Assembly (NCBI GenBank): GCA_963514005.1
Contig: OY740814.1
Span: 1,488,001-1,552,000 of the forward strand
From: Raja brachyura
Lineage: Eukaryota
Length of the DNA: 64,000 nucleotides
Direction: 5' to 3'
Position numbers and translations under genes: made by a program. Numbering within the stretch: the stretch's first letter is position 1; every line of letters starts with the position of its first letter. Below are positions 1-12,002 of the stretch, piece by piece. Under the pieces are notes generated by a model. That model saw nothing but the letters and a program-made list of their open reading frames with translations. It was not told the DNA's origin and searched no databases.

Positions 1-59
1 TCATACCCCCTTCCCCCCTGACCACCCACCACCCCCCACCACCCCCCACCAGACATAGC

Positions 60-325
60 CTCGGCCTCAGTCCACTCACCTGCCTTCCTCCAGTCTCAAC
101 CCCCACCCCTGCCGTGTGTTCACCATCCCCCCTGACCTCCCCCCCTCAGATATTGAACGGTCTGTCCTCAGCAGAGGCCTCACCTTTGTCCCCCTCCGTC
201 CCCACTTCAGTGAGTTCCGCGCCTGCTGCGATTTGGAGCTCTTCTTCCATCGCCTCCGCCTCACAGCGTTCTTCCATGGGAAGGAGTCCTCGCCCCCATT
301 GATGATCCCTTTCCCCATCTCCAAC
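60..325 (+). mobile_element. Penelope-like element ORF fragment (N-terminal region)
   Basis: VFTIPPDLPPSDIERSVLSRGLTFVPLRPH...ELFFHRLRL matches the LS..E..VL.(K/R)GL.F.P motif found upstream of the RT in Penelope-like ORFs. Confidence 0.7.
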
Positions 326-329
326 GAAC

Positions 330-665
330 CCCTTCCTTTTGAGGCCCCCCACTGGGGTGGCCCGATACTCACGCCCTCTCGCCGGGATGATGGAACTCCG
401 ACGTCGGAACGGAAGAACACCCTCAGCGGCTTGGTGGTCCGAATCGGCCAATTCCTACCGGACACCGCGGCTCCCGAAGTCCACAGACTGAGCTGGGCGG
501 AGATTCACCCTCGGCAAAGGGATCCCAGGGGTCCACGATGTTGAAATCAGCATGGCCGGAGGCTGGGAGTTCCGCAAACCACAGCTCTGATGTTGAAGCA
601 GCAGGCCCAACACTCCGGAGCTTCAAGCGGCGATCCAGGCAAGGCATCGCCCGCTCCGCAGTGAA
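330..665 (-). mobile_element. Fragment of GC-rich interspersed repeat related to 46490-47280
   Basis: The reverse complement of 625-659 (gcggagcgggcgatgccttgcctggatcgccgc) matches 46776-46808. Confidence 0.55.
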
Positions 666-669
666 TCCA

Positions 670-841
670 ATATGTATTTTAAAACCAACTGTTTAATGAC
701 AACATACAGTAGGGTCTAAAAGTGTCACATTGTCACTGTCAGGTAGTCATGGTCCTCTAGTCGTGGGGGTGGGGGATTGGGGGGGGGGGGGCCTCACAAG
801 TGAAATAGCCTAGGGCTTCTCTTCATCTAAATCCGGCCCTG
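670..841 (-). mobile_element. hAT-like DNA transposon end
   Basis: The minus strand begins CAGGGCCGGATTTAG, a terminus typical of hAT (Tip100-like) elements. No second end was seen. Confidence 0.4.
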
Positions 842-864
842 AGTACATCACAGTTACAATAGAC

Positions 865-1046
865 AGACACAAAGTGCTGGAATAACTCAGCAGGTCAGAC
901 AGCATCTTTGGAGAAAAGGAATAGATGAAGTTTCGGGTCAACTGAACAGTGAGAGTCACCCATTCCTTCTCTCCAGAGATGCTGCCTGATCCACTAAGTT
1001 ACTCCAGTATTTAGTGTCTACCTTCGGTGTAAACCACCATCTGCAG
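865..1046. mobile_element. Penelope-derived palindromic element, centre deleted
   Basis: gacacaaagtgctggaataactcagc...ggaatag followed by its reverse complement cccattcc...gttactccag..gtgtcta. Confidence 0.8.
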
Positions 1047-1099
1047 ACCCTGCTGGCAGAGTTAGGGCAGCTTTTCTCACTGATGCAAGTCAGGTAGGA

Positions 1100-1165
1100 T
1101 GGGGTGGGCGGGCGGGTGGGTGGGTGAGTGGGTGGGTGGGCGCGTGGGTGGGTGGGTGGGTGGTT
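1100..1165. repeat. (GGGT)n-like simple repeat
   Basis: Direct inspection. Confidence 0.9.
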
Positions 1166-1252
1166 GTGACCTTGTGAATACAAAACAAAGAATTTCACGG
1201 TGATTTGTCACATGTCACAATAATGTATCAATCATTCACTCGCATCACTAGA

Positions 1253-1553
1253 GGGGCGGCACGGTGGTGCAGGGGGTAGAGTTGCTGCCTCACAGCGCCA
1301 GAGACCCAGGCTCAATCCTGACCACGAGTGCTGCCTGTGTGGAGTTTGCACGTTCTCCCCGTGACCTGCGTGGGTTTTCTCCGGGAGCTCCGGTTACCTC
1401 CCACAATCCAAAGACGTGCAGGTTTGTAGGTTAATTGGTCTTGTAAATTGTCCCTAGTGTGTGTAGGATCGTGTTATTGTGCTGGTCGGCGCGGACTCGG
1501 TGTACCGAAGGGCCTGTTTCTGCGCTGTATCTCTAAACTAACACTAAACTAAA
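1253..1553 (+). mobile_element. HE1-like V-SINE, full length
   Basis: tRNA-like head (ggcacggtggtgcag...ggctcaatcc, A/B-box-like), V-domain (tgtgtggagtttgcacgttctccccgtg...ctcccac..ccaaagac), CR1-type 3' end (cgaagggcctgtttc.gcgctgtatct) and (taaac)n tail. Confidence 0.88.
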
Positions 1554-1821
1554 TCTGCAATAAAGGGAAATCTGACATTTATTCAGTTGAGTCCACAATC
1601 AGAACCAAACCAATCTCCTCACTCTTTCACTGTCACCTACTCTCGCTCACATGCCCCCTAACACCACCCGTGTTCTCCTGCTACCAACCTATACCAGGGG
1701 TAATCTACAGACAACAATTAGCTAAGCAGACAGTGTGTCTTTCAGATGCAAGAGGAAGTGGAAACTCACGTAGTAACGAGGAGAGCATGCAAACTCCACA
1801 TGGGCAACGGCCCAAGATTGG

Positions 1822-1971
1822 TGCAGGAAGGAACTGCAGATGCTGGTTTAAACCGAAGATAGACACAAAATGCGAGAGTAACTCAGCGGGACAGGCAGCA
1901 TCTCTGGAGAGAAGGAATGGGTGACGTTTCGGGTCGAGACCCTTCTTCAGCATGAAGGTCACGGGAAAGGA
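1822..1971 (-). mobile_element. Penelope-like element 3' terminus with intact hammerhead core; continues at 3439-3625 beyond a CR1 insertion
   Basis: The reverse complement of 1923-1950 is ctgaagaagggtctcgacccgaaacgtc. The 3' UTR resumes at 3439-3625 and reaches the ORF end (SNFK* on the minus strand). Confidence 0.8.
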
Positions 1972-3438
1972 AGGAATGGCGTACTGCGCATGTTGTTCCA
2001 TTGTTTAAAAAGGGTTCAAAGAATAAACCTAGCAATTATAGACCTGTTAGTTTGACGTCAGTGGTGGGCAAATTAATGGAAAGGATACTTAGAGATAATA
2101 TATATATAAGCATCTGGATAAACAGGGTCTGATCAGGAACAGTCAACATGGATTTGTGCCTGGAAGGTCATGTTTGACAAACCTTCTTGAATTTTTTGAA
2201 GAGGTTACTAGGGAAATTGATGAGGGTAAAGCAGTGGATGTTGTCTGTATGGATTTCAGTAAGGCCTTTGACAAGGTTCCCCATGGAAGGTTGGTTAAGA
2301 AGGTTCAATCTTTGGGTGTTAATGGCAGAGCAGCAAGATGGATTCAACAGTGGCTGAATGGGAGATGCCAGAGAGTAATGGTGGATGGCTGTTTGTCAGG
2401 TTGGAGGCCGGTGACCAGTGGGGTGCCTCAGGGATCTGTGTTGGGTCCACTGTTGTTTGTCATGTACATCAATGATCTGGATGATGGGATGGAAAATTGG
2501 ATAAGTAAGTATGCAGATGATACTAAGATAGGTGGTGTTGTGGATAATGAAGTAGAAAAGTCTACAGAGAGATTTGGGCCATTTGGAAAAGTGGGCTGAA
2601 AGATGGCAGATGGAGTTTAATGCTGATAAGTGAGAGGTGCTACAACTTGGCAGGACAAATCAAAATAGGACGTACATGGTAAATGGTAGGGAATTGAGGA
2701 ATGCTGTGGAACAGAGGGATCTAGGAATAACTGTGCATAGTTCCCTGAAGGTGGAATCGCATGTAGATAGGGTGGTAAAGAAAGCTTTTGGTGTACTGGC
2801 CTTTATAAATCAGAGCATTGAATATAGGAGTAGGGAAGTAATGTTAAAATTGTACAAGGCAATGGTGAGACCAATTCTGGAGTACAGTGTACAATTTTGG
2901 TCGCCTAATTATAGGAAGGATGTCAACAAAATAGAGGGAGTACAGAGGATATTTACTAGTATGTTGCCTGGGTTCCAGCAACTAAGTTACAGAGAAAGGT
3001 TGAACAAGTTAGGTCTTTATTCTTTGGAGCGCAGAAGGTTAAGGGGGGACTTGATTGAGTTCTTTAAAATGATGAAAGGGATAGACAGAGTTGACGTGGG
3101 TAAGCTTTTCCCCATTGTGGGTATGGAAGATTCAAACAAGAGGGCATGACATGAGAATTAAGGGACAGAAGTTTAGGGGTAACATGAGGGGAACTTCTTT
3201 ACTCAGAGAGTGGTGGCTGTGTGGAATGATCTTCCAGCAGAAGTGGTGGAGGCAGGATCGATTTGAACATTTAAAAGTAAAGTGGATAGGTATATGGAAG
3301 GGAAGGGAATGGAGGGGTATGGTCTGAGTGCAGGTAGATGGGACTAGGGGAAAATAAATGGTCGGCATGGACTGGAAGGGCCGAGAGGGCCTGTTTCCGT
3401 GCTGTAATTGTTATATGGTTATATGTTATATGGTTAAA
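1972..3438 (+). mobile_element. CR1-clade LINE, 5'-truncated ORF2 (reverse transcriptase) with frameshifts
   Basis: [66 protein letters not shown] motifs. (gttatatg)n tail. Candidate TSD gggaaagga at 1963-1971 and 3439-3447. Confidence 0.95.
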
Positions 3439-4342
3439 GGGAAAGGAGAGATATAGATGATTATGGAGACAGATATAGAACAAATGAATGAAAGATATGG
3501 AAAAAAGATAGGTAACGGGTCATTGTTACCCGTGGGCTGGGGCAGAACAAACAGATGGTGTGACTAGGGTGGGGGAGGGATGGAGAGAGAGGGGGAATGC
3601 AGAGGTTACTTGAAGTTAGAGACCCATGTTGCTGCAACTGTGAAGTCACCACAGAGGGTCGACTATGTCACGGGCTTACAATTGGAGCTTAATCTGTCTC
3701 TAGCTTTCACTTTTCTTCAGTACATTCGACCTTTGTACCGTCGGGTAGCAGACTTTGCAATGAACTACATGCATCTAACAAGAATGCTCCATGACTTGGT
3801 TTCCGATTTCTGCATCCATTATTCTAACATAATAAATGAAGGTTAAGATTGAGGTTGCATTTATGAATATGTAATAATGAGGGTTTTTGGTGAATTGGAT
3901 AAGGCTGAAATCTACAAAAACAATTTATAACTAGCATTTTGAATCATTAATTTACCGAATGAACTCTCCCACATTGGCATGAAGATTAAAGGGACAACTC
4001 TTTGTGGTGGATCAAGAGTTGGGCTACTGTGTAAAAAGTACCAGATGGTAAGGATCAAAGAGAAATTACCTCACAAAGACAGATTCTTTACATTTTGTCC
4101 TTACATTTTGTTTATGTCTGTGCATCAAAAGGTAATTTAACTCCATCAATTATCTTCATGTTGCTGTCAGGAGATGCAATGATTGTTTGTAATGGTTCTA
4201 GATTTGACTTTATCACAGTGACCAAGTTCTATTATCAGACAATACAAGCTATGCCAGGGTAGGCAACGTTTAGTAAATGCCAGGATTCTGTTACATTCCT
4301 CAAACATAAATGGATTTAATCCATTTAACGTGTTTACGTTTG

Positions 4343-4970
4343 GGGCGGCACGGTGGCACAGCGGGTAGAGCTGCTGTCTCACAGCGCCAGAGACCAGGGT
4401 TGGATCCTGACTGGAACCAGGGGCCACAGTTTAAGAATAAGGGGTAAGCTATTTTGAACAGGGATGAGGAAACACTTTTTCTCACAGAGAGTTGTGAGTC
4501 TGTGGAATTCTCTGCCTCAGAGGGCGGTGGAGGCCGGTTCTCTGGATACTTTCAAGAGAGAGCTAGATAGGGCTCTTAAAGATAGCGGAGTCAGGGGATA
4601 TGGGGAGAAGGCAGGAACGGGGTACTGATTGGGGATGATCAGCCATGATCACATTGAATGGTGGTGCTGGCTCGAAGGGCTGAATGGCCTACTCCTGCAC
4701 CTATTGTCTATTGTCTACTACGGGCGCTGTCTGTACGGAGTTTGTACGTTCTCCCCGTGACCTGCATGGGCTTTCTCCGGGTGCTCCTGTTTCCTCCCAC
4801 TTTTCAAAGCCGTGCAGTTTTGGAGGTTAATTGGCTTCAGTCGTTATAAATTGTCGTTAATGTGTAAAATCTGAAACTGTGATGACATAGAACTAGTGTA
4901 TGGTTGTTCTTTGTTCGGCGATGACCCGGTGGGCCCAAGGGCCTGTTTCCACGCTGTATCTCGAAACTAA
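4343..4970 (+). mobile_element. V-SINE interrupted by a CR1 3' fragment (about 4412-4716)
   Basis: The SINE head ends at gatcctgact, a CR1 3' end with (ctattgt)n tail follows, and the SINE resumes at actacgggcgctgtctgtacggag. Confidence 0.88.
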
Positions 4971-5769
4971 ACAGAGGCTTTGGGAGAATATTTTTGCTCA
5001 GATGGGAGTACGATACAACCTTTCACTGGAGGACTTGCATAAACCAGACCCTTTACTCCTGTTTCAAAGGTTGAAATCCAATCTAATCAAGGTATTTCAA
5101 ATAATAAATAGCCGGATAGAGGGAACCAATTTCCTCTGTTGTAGGTATCCAGAAGGAGGAAAAAGAATCTTAAAATCAATGCCAGATCACCGGGGAGGAT
5201 TACTGTATAACTGTTAAGCCCCATGTAACCTGGAAAAGCCCTGTGTACGCAGAGCCAACTGAAAGATTCAAGATTAAGATTGATAGATTTTTCTTTGGAG
5301 AAGGATATTAAATGATAAATATTGAGCAAGGTTGATTAAATACATTTGAGGTACAGATCAGACGTTAGCCAGTTTAATAAGGAAACTGGCCGAGGGAGTT
5401 GAATCAACATTAGCAAAATTATACCAGTATTCACCGGTAACGCGCCTACGTACAAACGTTCACTTTCACAACTACAGTCAGGTTTGAGTCACGATCAAAA
5501 TTCCATTTGTATTCCCACCTTGAAAATAATTCCGTTTTTATGATGTGTTCTAACTCAGAGAGTCCATCTGACCTCTGAGAGGTTTAACATGGGGTACATT
5601 TGAATCAATTGTTGTCACACCCATTCTTCTGAAGAAGGGTCTTGACCCTTATCCAATTAACTAACAAAGTGAAGATAGACGCAAAAAGCTGGAGTAACTC
5701 AGCGGGACAGGCAGCATCTCCGGAGAGAAGGAACAGGTGACGTTTTGGGTCGAGACCCTTCTTCGCCTG

Positions 5770-5945
5770 AAACACACGTGACGCGGGGTGATGACGTATT
5801 GACGCGCGGTGTTTCCTCAAGTGGCGCAACATTTGTTTTGTTGCCGTTGGATTTTGGAATGTTCAAAATCGTTTGGTGACCCCGATACGACAGTCAATGA
5901 CGCCGGCAGTCGCCGAAACACTCGCCAAGTGGGACAGGCCCTTTA
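5770..5945. mobile_element. Right half of a MITE related to 11614-11941
   Basis: Ends aagtgggacaggcccttta, the same terminus as the palindromic MITE. Confidence 0.6.
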
Positions 5946-6210
5946 GAAAAAGGTCCTGACTGTCGACACTGTCTATGCATCTCATCATTTAATAAACTTG
6001 GTGAAGGGACTGTAAAATAACAGTACAAGTGTGTCTGATTCATCCCCACAAAGAGCGTAAGCGACCTGCTTGCCTTTGAGCATCGTACCGTTTCATGGTG
6101 ATGTACAAGTGGTGCCGGCCCACAAACCACTGAATCCAATTCCACAACTTGCCGCAGTGGGATACGATTATGGGATTTCTGGAACGTTAATAAAATACTA
6201 CAATCGTGGT

Positions 6211-6398
6211 GTAGGAAAGAACTGCAGGTGTTGGTTGGATAGATATATAATGCTGGAGTAACTCAGCGGGTCAGGAAGCATCTCTGGAGTAAAGGAATAG
6301 CTGATGTTTCGGGTCGAGACCCTTCTTCAGACGAAAATGTCACCCATTCCTTTTCTCCAGAGATGCTGCTGAGTTACTCCAGCATTTTGTAACTATAT
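6211..6398. mobile_element. Penelope-derived palindromic element
   Basis: Inverted arms flanked by tcgtggt at 6204-6210 and 6399-6405. Confidence 0.8.
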
Positions 6399-8329
6399 TC
6401 GTGGTACCGCAGTTATTTGGTGCGGCCTGTTCATTAAAACAAAGTCAAAGACAGTATTTGAGAAAAGATTCAAACAGATGGAATAGCTTGGTTTGCAAAT
6501 CAATTTGGAAGCAGAAATGAAGAACTGTGGAGCATGATTGATGAAAGAATGCTGGAGTAACTCGGAGAGTCAGGCAGCATCTCTGGAGAACAGGGAAGCA
6601 ACATTTCGGGTCGGGACATTTCTTCAGACCGACCCAAAACTAAACTAAAAGATACACAATAATGTGGTTACTTGCCAAAATGTGTTTTTGTTTCTTTTCC
6701 TTGGCATCATTTGTCTTCATTTGCAACACGTTTGAATATATATTTCATTCTTCAAAAGATTAAGCTGTGATGTTTTACAGAACAATGCCATTTGTCTTGC
6801 GTTCAGTTTTGGGACAGTGGAGATGTCTGTTTAATGTCACTGGTGAAAATATGTGCAATGCCAGAGACTGAGAGAAACTTGAACCTGCAACATTCCCGTT
6901 TAATTGTTCCCACGCACAAGCGCACTTTGCTGCCGTGCAGCTGCAATAATGCTCCTTCAACGTTTAAGTTAATTAACAATCACAGAATTAGGTCATTTAT
7001 AAAACAAATGGCCATTGTCAGTTACTGAATTACTTGGGTCAGTGGTAATGATGAACAAGGGGCTAACCCTCGTGTCTCTGGAATTCCAGTTGAATAAAGC
7101 CATTGAAATGGTTCCTTTACAGAAAAGCATACTGAATAAAACCTAAATATTGCAGCATGGAAAACAGTTGGAAAATTGATTCTATAATTAGCTTCCGACA
7201 GAAAGAAATCGAGAGAAAATAATTAGTTATTAAATGAAAAATACACGGCTCCGTTTCTGTCAGTAAATCTGCAGTCCTTCATTTCTTATCTATCGTTTCA
7301 CTCAGTAAGATAGATCCATTTTTAAGGAGTTCACCAAAGACTAAGAGTCATAACACAGCCTATTTATCAAACTATAGGGCCTGCGTATATCATATTAATT
7401 CAGCAATGTTTCTTCCCTGAGTGCAGTGTTTGCTTTACTGATCATAAATGGATTGAAATCTTGCAAATATTTTTTACTCTCATCCTTCCAATAAAGCAGA
7501 GAGCAAAATGGAAGTGATTTCACAGAAAGAAAATGCTTCCCATTCATCATTTGAACATAATGTTCTCCCTGGGACATCTATTCCTTTAAGCCCAGAGGAT
7601 CTTACTTCTTGTTGTGAAGGTCTGGGCCTACCAGTAATTTGAACGAATTACATTAGTACGGGTGTCAGGGGTTATGGGGAGCAGGCAGGAGAATGAGGGA
7701 GAATAGGAGGGAGAGATAGATCAGCCGTGATTGCATGGTGGAATAGACTTGATGGGCCGAGTGGCCTTATTCTGCTCCTAACACGTTTGACCTTAATTGA
7801 ATTAAAAGATATAGCAGGAAGGAAAGATTAAAAGGAAACAGGCCCTTCAGCCCAAAGTCTAAGCGTGCTTCTTCAGTCAACATCACAATTTTATAGCACT
7901 GGGAATGTTGTGTAAATGTATCAGAGCATCTTACACAGGCGTGGGACAAGATGGGAGTCCAGTCCTGTTGCTTGCTCAGGCCTGAAATCACTGGGGAACA
8001 GTTAGAAGAATTGATAGCCTGGTGCAATATGAAAGACCATGGGCAAGGCATGTCACATATTGGCAACAGGTAAACCATGCTTTTGGCTTTCGCTTACTTG
8101 TATAGATCAATGGTGATATGGCCAAGACGTTTCTGGTGCGATGCATTACTGAGCAAACTACGACTGCATGGCATTACAACAAAAATATGCTAATGGCGAT
8201 TTAGTTTAAATTGGTCAGATCATAGCTCATCCTCTGGATTTTGTTCAAAAGGTTTCCCAGGCTGCAGTTTCCTCTGTGTTCCATTCCTTACATCCGGACT
8301 AAATTTCTCCCTCACTTATCACCCTAACC

Positions 8330-8510
8330 CTCCCACTCTCACATTGTTGCTTTGATCCCTCGTTTTCACACCTTACCCCTCCATATCTCTAGACTCCATC
8401 TCCCTTAACTCTCAGTTGGAAGAAGGGTCTCGACCCGAAATGTCACCCATTCCTTCTCCCCAGAGACAATGCATGTCCCACTGAGTTACGCCAGACCTCT
8501 GTGTCTGTAT
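8330..8510 (+). mobile_element. Penelope-like 3' UTR and terminus, hammerhead core degenerate
   Basis: Pyrimidine-rich UTR, then ctcagttggaagaagggtctcgacccgaaatgtcacccattcc. Confidence 0.7.
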
Positions 8511-9330
8511 TCCACACGCTATATGTCCATTTGTTTCGTTGTGAACATGCGCCTTAAAACTGAATTGTTGTCGGTTCCCAGAGTGACACTTGTATTAGTG
8601 CCGGCCTCCCCTTGCCCTTCACTGCAGCAAAGAGTAGCTTGTTCTTTAAGTTGTACAAAGTCACAGAGGTTAATTTTCCAACTGCAAGCTCTTGGCATGA
8701 GGGGAGAGTCCACAGGGGACACGCAGCAGTATATTGTGGACAGCCCATGATTTTACATCCTTTTAAAATTATTGAGAAGAAAATTCTCGGCTGTGTTTGC
8801 ACAATTTCCTGATTTGCATTCCCACAGGCTGCATGCCAGGAGCAAGCCAGCAAAGAATTTCCTCGGCAAGGCCTTTGTGTATTCCACATGCCTGATGTGG
8901 AGGTTTCCTTAGCTCTGGATCCACCTTTAATCCTTTAGCACCTCAGCCGCTCGGAGCCAGAGAGTCAGTGAACCGGCGCTGCTTTTCTCATCACCCCCAA
9001 CTCTGAAATAACACTTATTTCTGGAGTTGTCGATTCATAAAGCAGCAGAAATTCCACCAAGCAATTCCAGGCGCAACTAACTCTTGGCCGAACAATGTGA
9101 TTTCTGCAACGGTCGAGGGTGGGACATGCCGGTCAGCATGGTCAGGTTGGGCCGAAGTGCCTGTTTGACGCTATGAATCTATAACAGATGCGTACTGGCT
9201 GTTGGCATTTTTCAGGGAAGGGCAATGAGCAGCTCTCTGGGCATGGGATTACAATGTTCTGTCTCTGGTCACTCCTGGAACCACAGCCCACTACTCCTCT
9301 TGTAGACTCCACACCGTTGTTCTCTCCATG

Positions 9331-9499
9331 GACACAAAAAGCTGGAGTAACTCAGCAGGAATGTGATTCTGAAGAAGGGTCTCGACCCGAAACGTCACCC
9401 ATTCCTTCTCTCCAGAGATGCTGCCTGTCCCGCTGAGTTACTCCAGCATTTTGTCTCTATCTTCGATTTGAAACAGCATCTGCAGTTCCTTGCTACACA
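9331..9499 (+). mobile_element. Penelope-derived element with short inverted arm and intact hammerhead core
   Basis: Core at 9369-9396. Flanks ttgttctctccatg (9317-9330) and ttggtctctctatg (9500-9513) form an imperfect TSD. Confidence 0.82.
9369..9396 (+). ncRNA. Minimal type-I hammerhead ribozyme core (representative copy)
   Basis: CUGAAGA, one extra A, stem II GGGUC-UC-GACCC, GAAA, loopless helix III C-G and a GUC triplet. This is the architecture known for Penelope-associated minimal hammerheads. Helix I is only 1-2 bp, so activity is unproven. Confidence 0.65.
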
Positions 9500-9996
9500 T
9501 TGGTCTCTCTATGTTCTTCAGGGATGCTGCCTGACCCGCTGATGTTTTATTTATCCCAACGTGTTAATTTTAAATTGTCAAGGACTCTATTCGAACAGAC
9601 ACCAGCACATCACCACAAGCAACACATATCACATAATTTATACTTTTCTTTCCCAGGATCTCAACCCTGTCAAACTCAAACTCTGCCAGCACTTCCATTG
9701 ACCTCTGCTCTTCAATCTTGAAAGCCCAAATTTGACATTGCTACTTCCTGACTCAGTCCATCATGTCATTATATTTACCAAAATGTCTGAGAACTTGCAC
9801 ATTAAAACAAGATCAGGAGCATGATAATAAATAATTCTTCCGCTCGTGGTTTTCCATGTAGTTTATTTTCTAAACTGCTCCATGTTGATGGTGGAGTCAC
9901 AAAACACTCTCCAAATACTTTGCTTCAGGGAATAAGAAAAAAAAGAATGGCCCTCTATCCTGGAGTCTTGTGCCTGACCCGATAATGTCATTGATT

Positions 9997-10550
9997 TTAG
10001 TTTAGAGATACAGCATGGAAACAGGCCACTATGACCCACCAAGGCCAAGCCATCCATCCATCCATCACCCAGTCACACTAGACATGTGACATCTCACTTA
10101 CTCATCCACTCCCTGCACACTCGGGACAATTTACAGAAGCCAATTGAACTGCCGACCTGCGTAGAAAGCAAACGCAGACGGTGGTTTAAACCAGGTAGAC
10201 ACTAAAAGTTGGAGTAACTCAGCGGGACAGGCAGCATCTCTGGAGAGAAGGAGTGCATGATGTTTCAGGTCGAGACCCTTCTTCAGACTGAAGTCAGTCA
10301 GTCAGTCAGTCTGAAGAAGGGTTTCAACCTGAAACACCCCCATTCCTCCCCAGAGATGCTGCCTGTCCCACGGAGTTACTCCAGCATTGTGTGTCTATCT
10401 TTGAACTACGACACTGCACGTCTTTGGGATGTGGGAGGAAACCGGAACACCCGGATTAAACCCATGCAGTCACAGGGAGAACATGCAAACTCCACGCAGA
10501 TAGCACCTTAGGTCTGGCTCTCTGAGGCAGCAGCTCTACCCACTATGCCC
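9997..10550 (-). mobile_element. V-SINE with nested Penelope-derived palindrome (about 10161-10402)
   Basis: SINE 3' end (tttagtttagagatacagcatggaaacaggcc) and V-domain lie on either side of a two-armed palindrome centred on (agtc)n. Confidence 0.85.
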
Positions 10551-10751
10551 AGATGGCCACTCAGATCAAGAAGTTCATCTTTCAAACTCCAATCGAGATG
10601 GCCATATTTTCCTACTCTTTCCTATCTGAAGAAGGGTCCCGACCTGAAACTCCGTCTGTCTATTCCCTCCACAGATGCTGCCTGATCCGCTGAGTTCCTC
10701 CAGCACTTTGTTTATTGCACAAGATTCCAGCATCTGTAGTTTCTTGCTGTT

Positions 10752-10997
10752 GTGTGTTGTATGAAGGAACTGCAGATGCTGGCTTAAACTGAAGAAAGAC
10801 ACAAAAAGCCGGAGTAACTCAGTGGGTCAGGCAGCATCTCTGGAGAGAAGGAACCGGTGACGTTTCGGGTTGAGACCCTTCTTCGGCCCCTTCCATTAGT
10901 CTGAAGAAGATTGTTGACCCGAAACGTCACCCATTCCTTCTCTCCAGAGATGCCGCCTGTCCCACTGAGTTACTCCAGCTTTTTGTGTCTATCTTCC
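10752..10997. mobile_element. Penelope-derived palindrome with 12-bp TSD, inserted at the end of another arm (10625-10751)
   Basis: tttcttgctgtt at 10740-10751 and 10998-11009. Confidence 0.85.
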
Positions 10998-11417
10998 TTT
11001 CTTGCTGTTTCTTTCTAACCTTAACATATTTATCCAGTTCCCATTTGGAAGCTGCCTTGCATCCATTAGCAAATTACTGCACTTTTAAACCCCAATTAAC
11101 CATTGCAAAAGATGTTTTTCCTCAGTTCACGCATATTCCATTGCCAATGACCTGAAATGCAACGATTCTGCTAATTGACAATTTAGCTGTCATAAACTAT
11201 TTTACTCTATTTAAGCTTTCCAAACAGTTAGGATTTTAAACAGTTGTATCAAATCTTGGCTTAGCCTTCCCTTTTTTGAAGCGAGAAATCATGGCTTTCC
11301 CGATCCTTCACATATCGTCCCACAAAGCATTCCGGTCTCTACCATTTATAAAGGCTCTTTCTAAAATGCAATGAACAGAACTGGAGAGAATATTCCATCC
11401 TCAATCTCTCAGTTACA

Positions 11418-11550
11418 GTTTAGTTTATTGTTACGTGTACCGAGGTACAGTGAAAAAGCTTTTGTTGCGTGCTAACCAGCCAGCAGGAAGACAATACATG
11501 ATTACAATAGAGCCACTTACAGTATATACAGTAGATACAATTTACAGCGT
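11418..11550 (-). mobile_element. Rex1/Babar-like LINE 3' tail
   Basis: Reverse complement of the tail ...gcacgcaacaaaaagcttttcactgtacctcggtacacgtgacaataaactaaa that follows Rex1 ORF ends at 30370-30710 and 39470-39722. Further copies near 22750, 31000, 42295, 42655, 44225, 47470, 49220, 52980 and 57660. Confidence 0.7.
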
Positions 11551-11613
11551 TTAGAGTTCCAAAATACTTCCACACAAAACTAAATATTAGCTCTTTCTGC
11601 AAGTATGGATTAA

Positions 11614-11941
11614 AGGCCTGTCCCACTTACACGACTTTCTCGGTGACTTGCCGGCACCCGTCATAGTCGCAGCAGGTCACCGAAAATGTTCAACGTGTTG
11701 AAAATCCAGCGGCGACCAGAACAAGGTACGACTCTTTGGGCGACTACTCACGGCCATACAGGCTTCACCCCGCGACATGTCGCCTGTATGGTCGTGAGTC
11801 GTCTCCTCAGTCGCCCAAAGAGTCGTAGCGTCTTTCTGGTCACCGCTGGATTTTCAACATGTTGACATTTTACGGCGACCTGCAACGACTCACGACGGGT
11901 GCCGACAGTCACCAAAAAAGCTGCATCAGTGGGACCGGCCT
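11614..11941. mobile_element. Palindromic MITE (PIF/Harbinger-like termini)
   Basis: aggcctgtcccact...agtgggaccggcct termini with near-complete internal self-complementarity (e.g. gttgaaaatccagcggcgaccaga / tctggtcaccgctggattttcaac). TA-rich flanks. Confidence 0.8.
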
Positions 11942-12002
11942 ATTACTGAGACAAACTATGATGAATCTCGGGTGATGATTATGAAAGTGTTTGTAAAGTT
12001 AC

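Noticed and set aside
1253-1330. tRNA gene
   Set aside because: The A/B-box-like head continues into the V-domain and LINE tail and recurs about 20 times, so it is a SINE head.
2156-3149. Intact reverse transcriptase gene
   Set aside because: 5'-truncated CR1 with a frameshift near 2550 and a stop near 2631. No endonuclease domain or ORF1.
1-12002. Next ADAMTSL exon (VGCD..LGS...EDNCGVC)
   Set aside because: Not found by eye. Near matches at about 5615 (NGCD) and 6410 (NNCG) lack the motif context and splice sites. It probably lies beyond the window, but a manual miss is possible.
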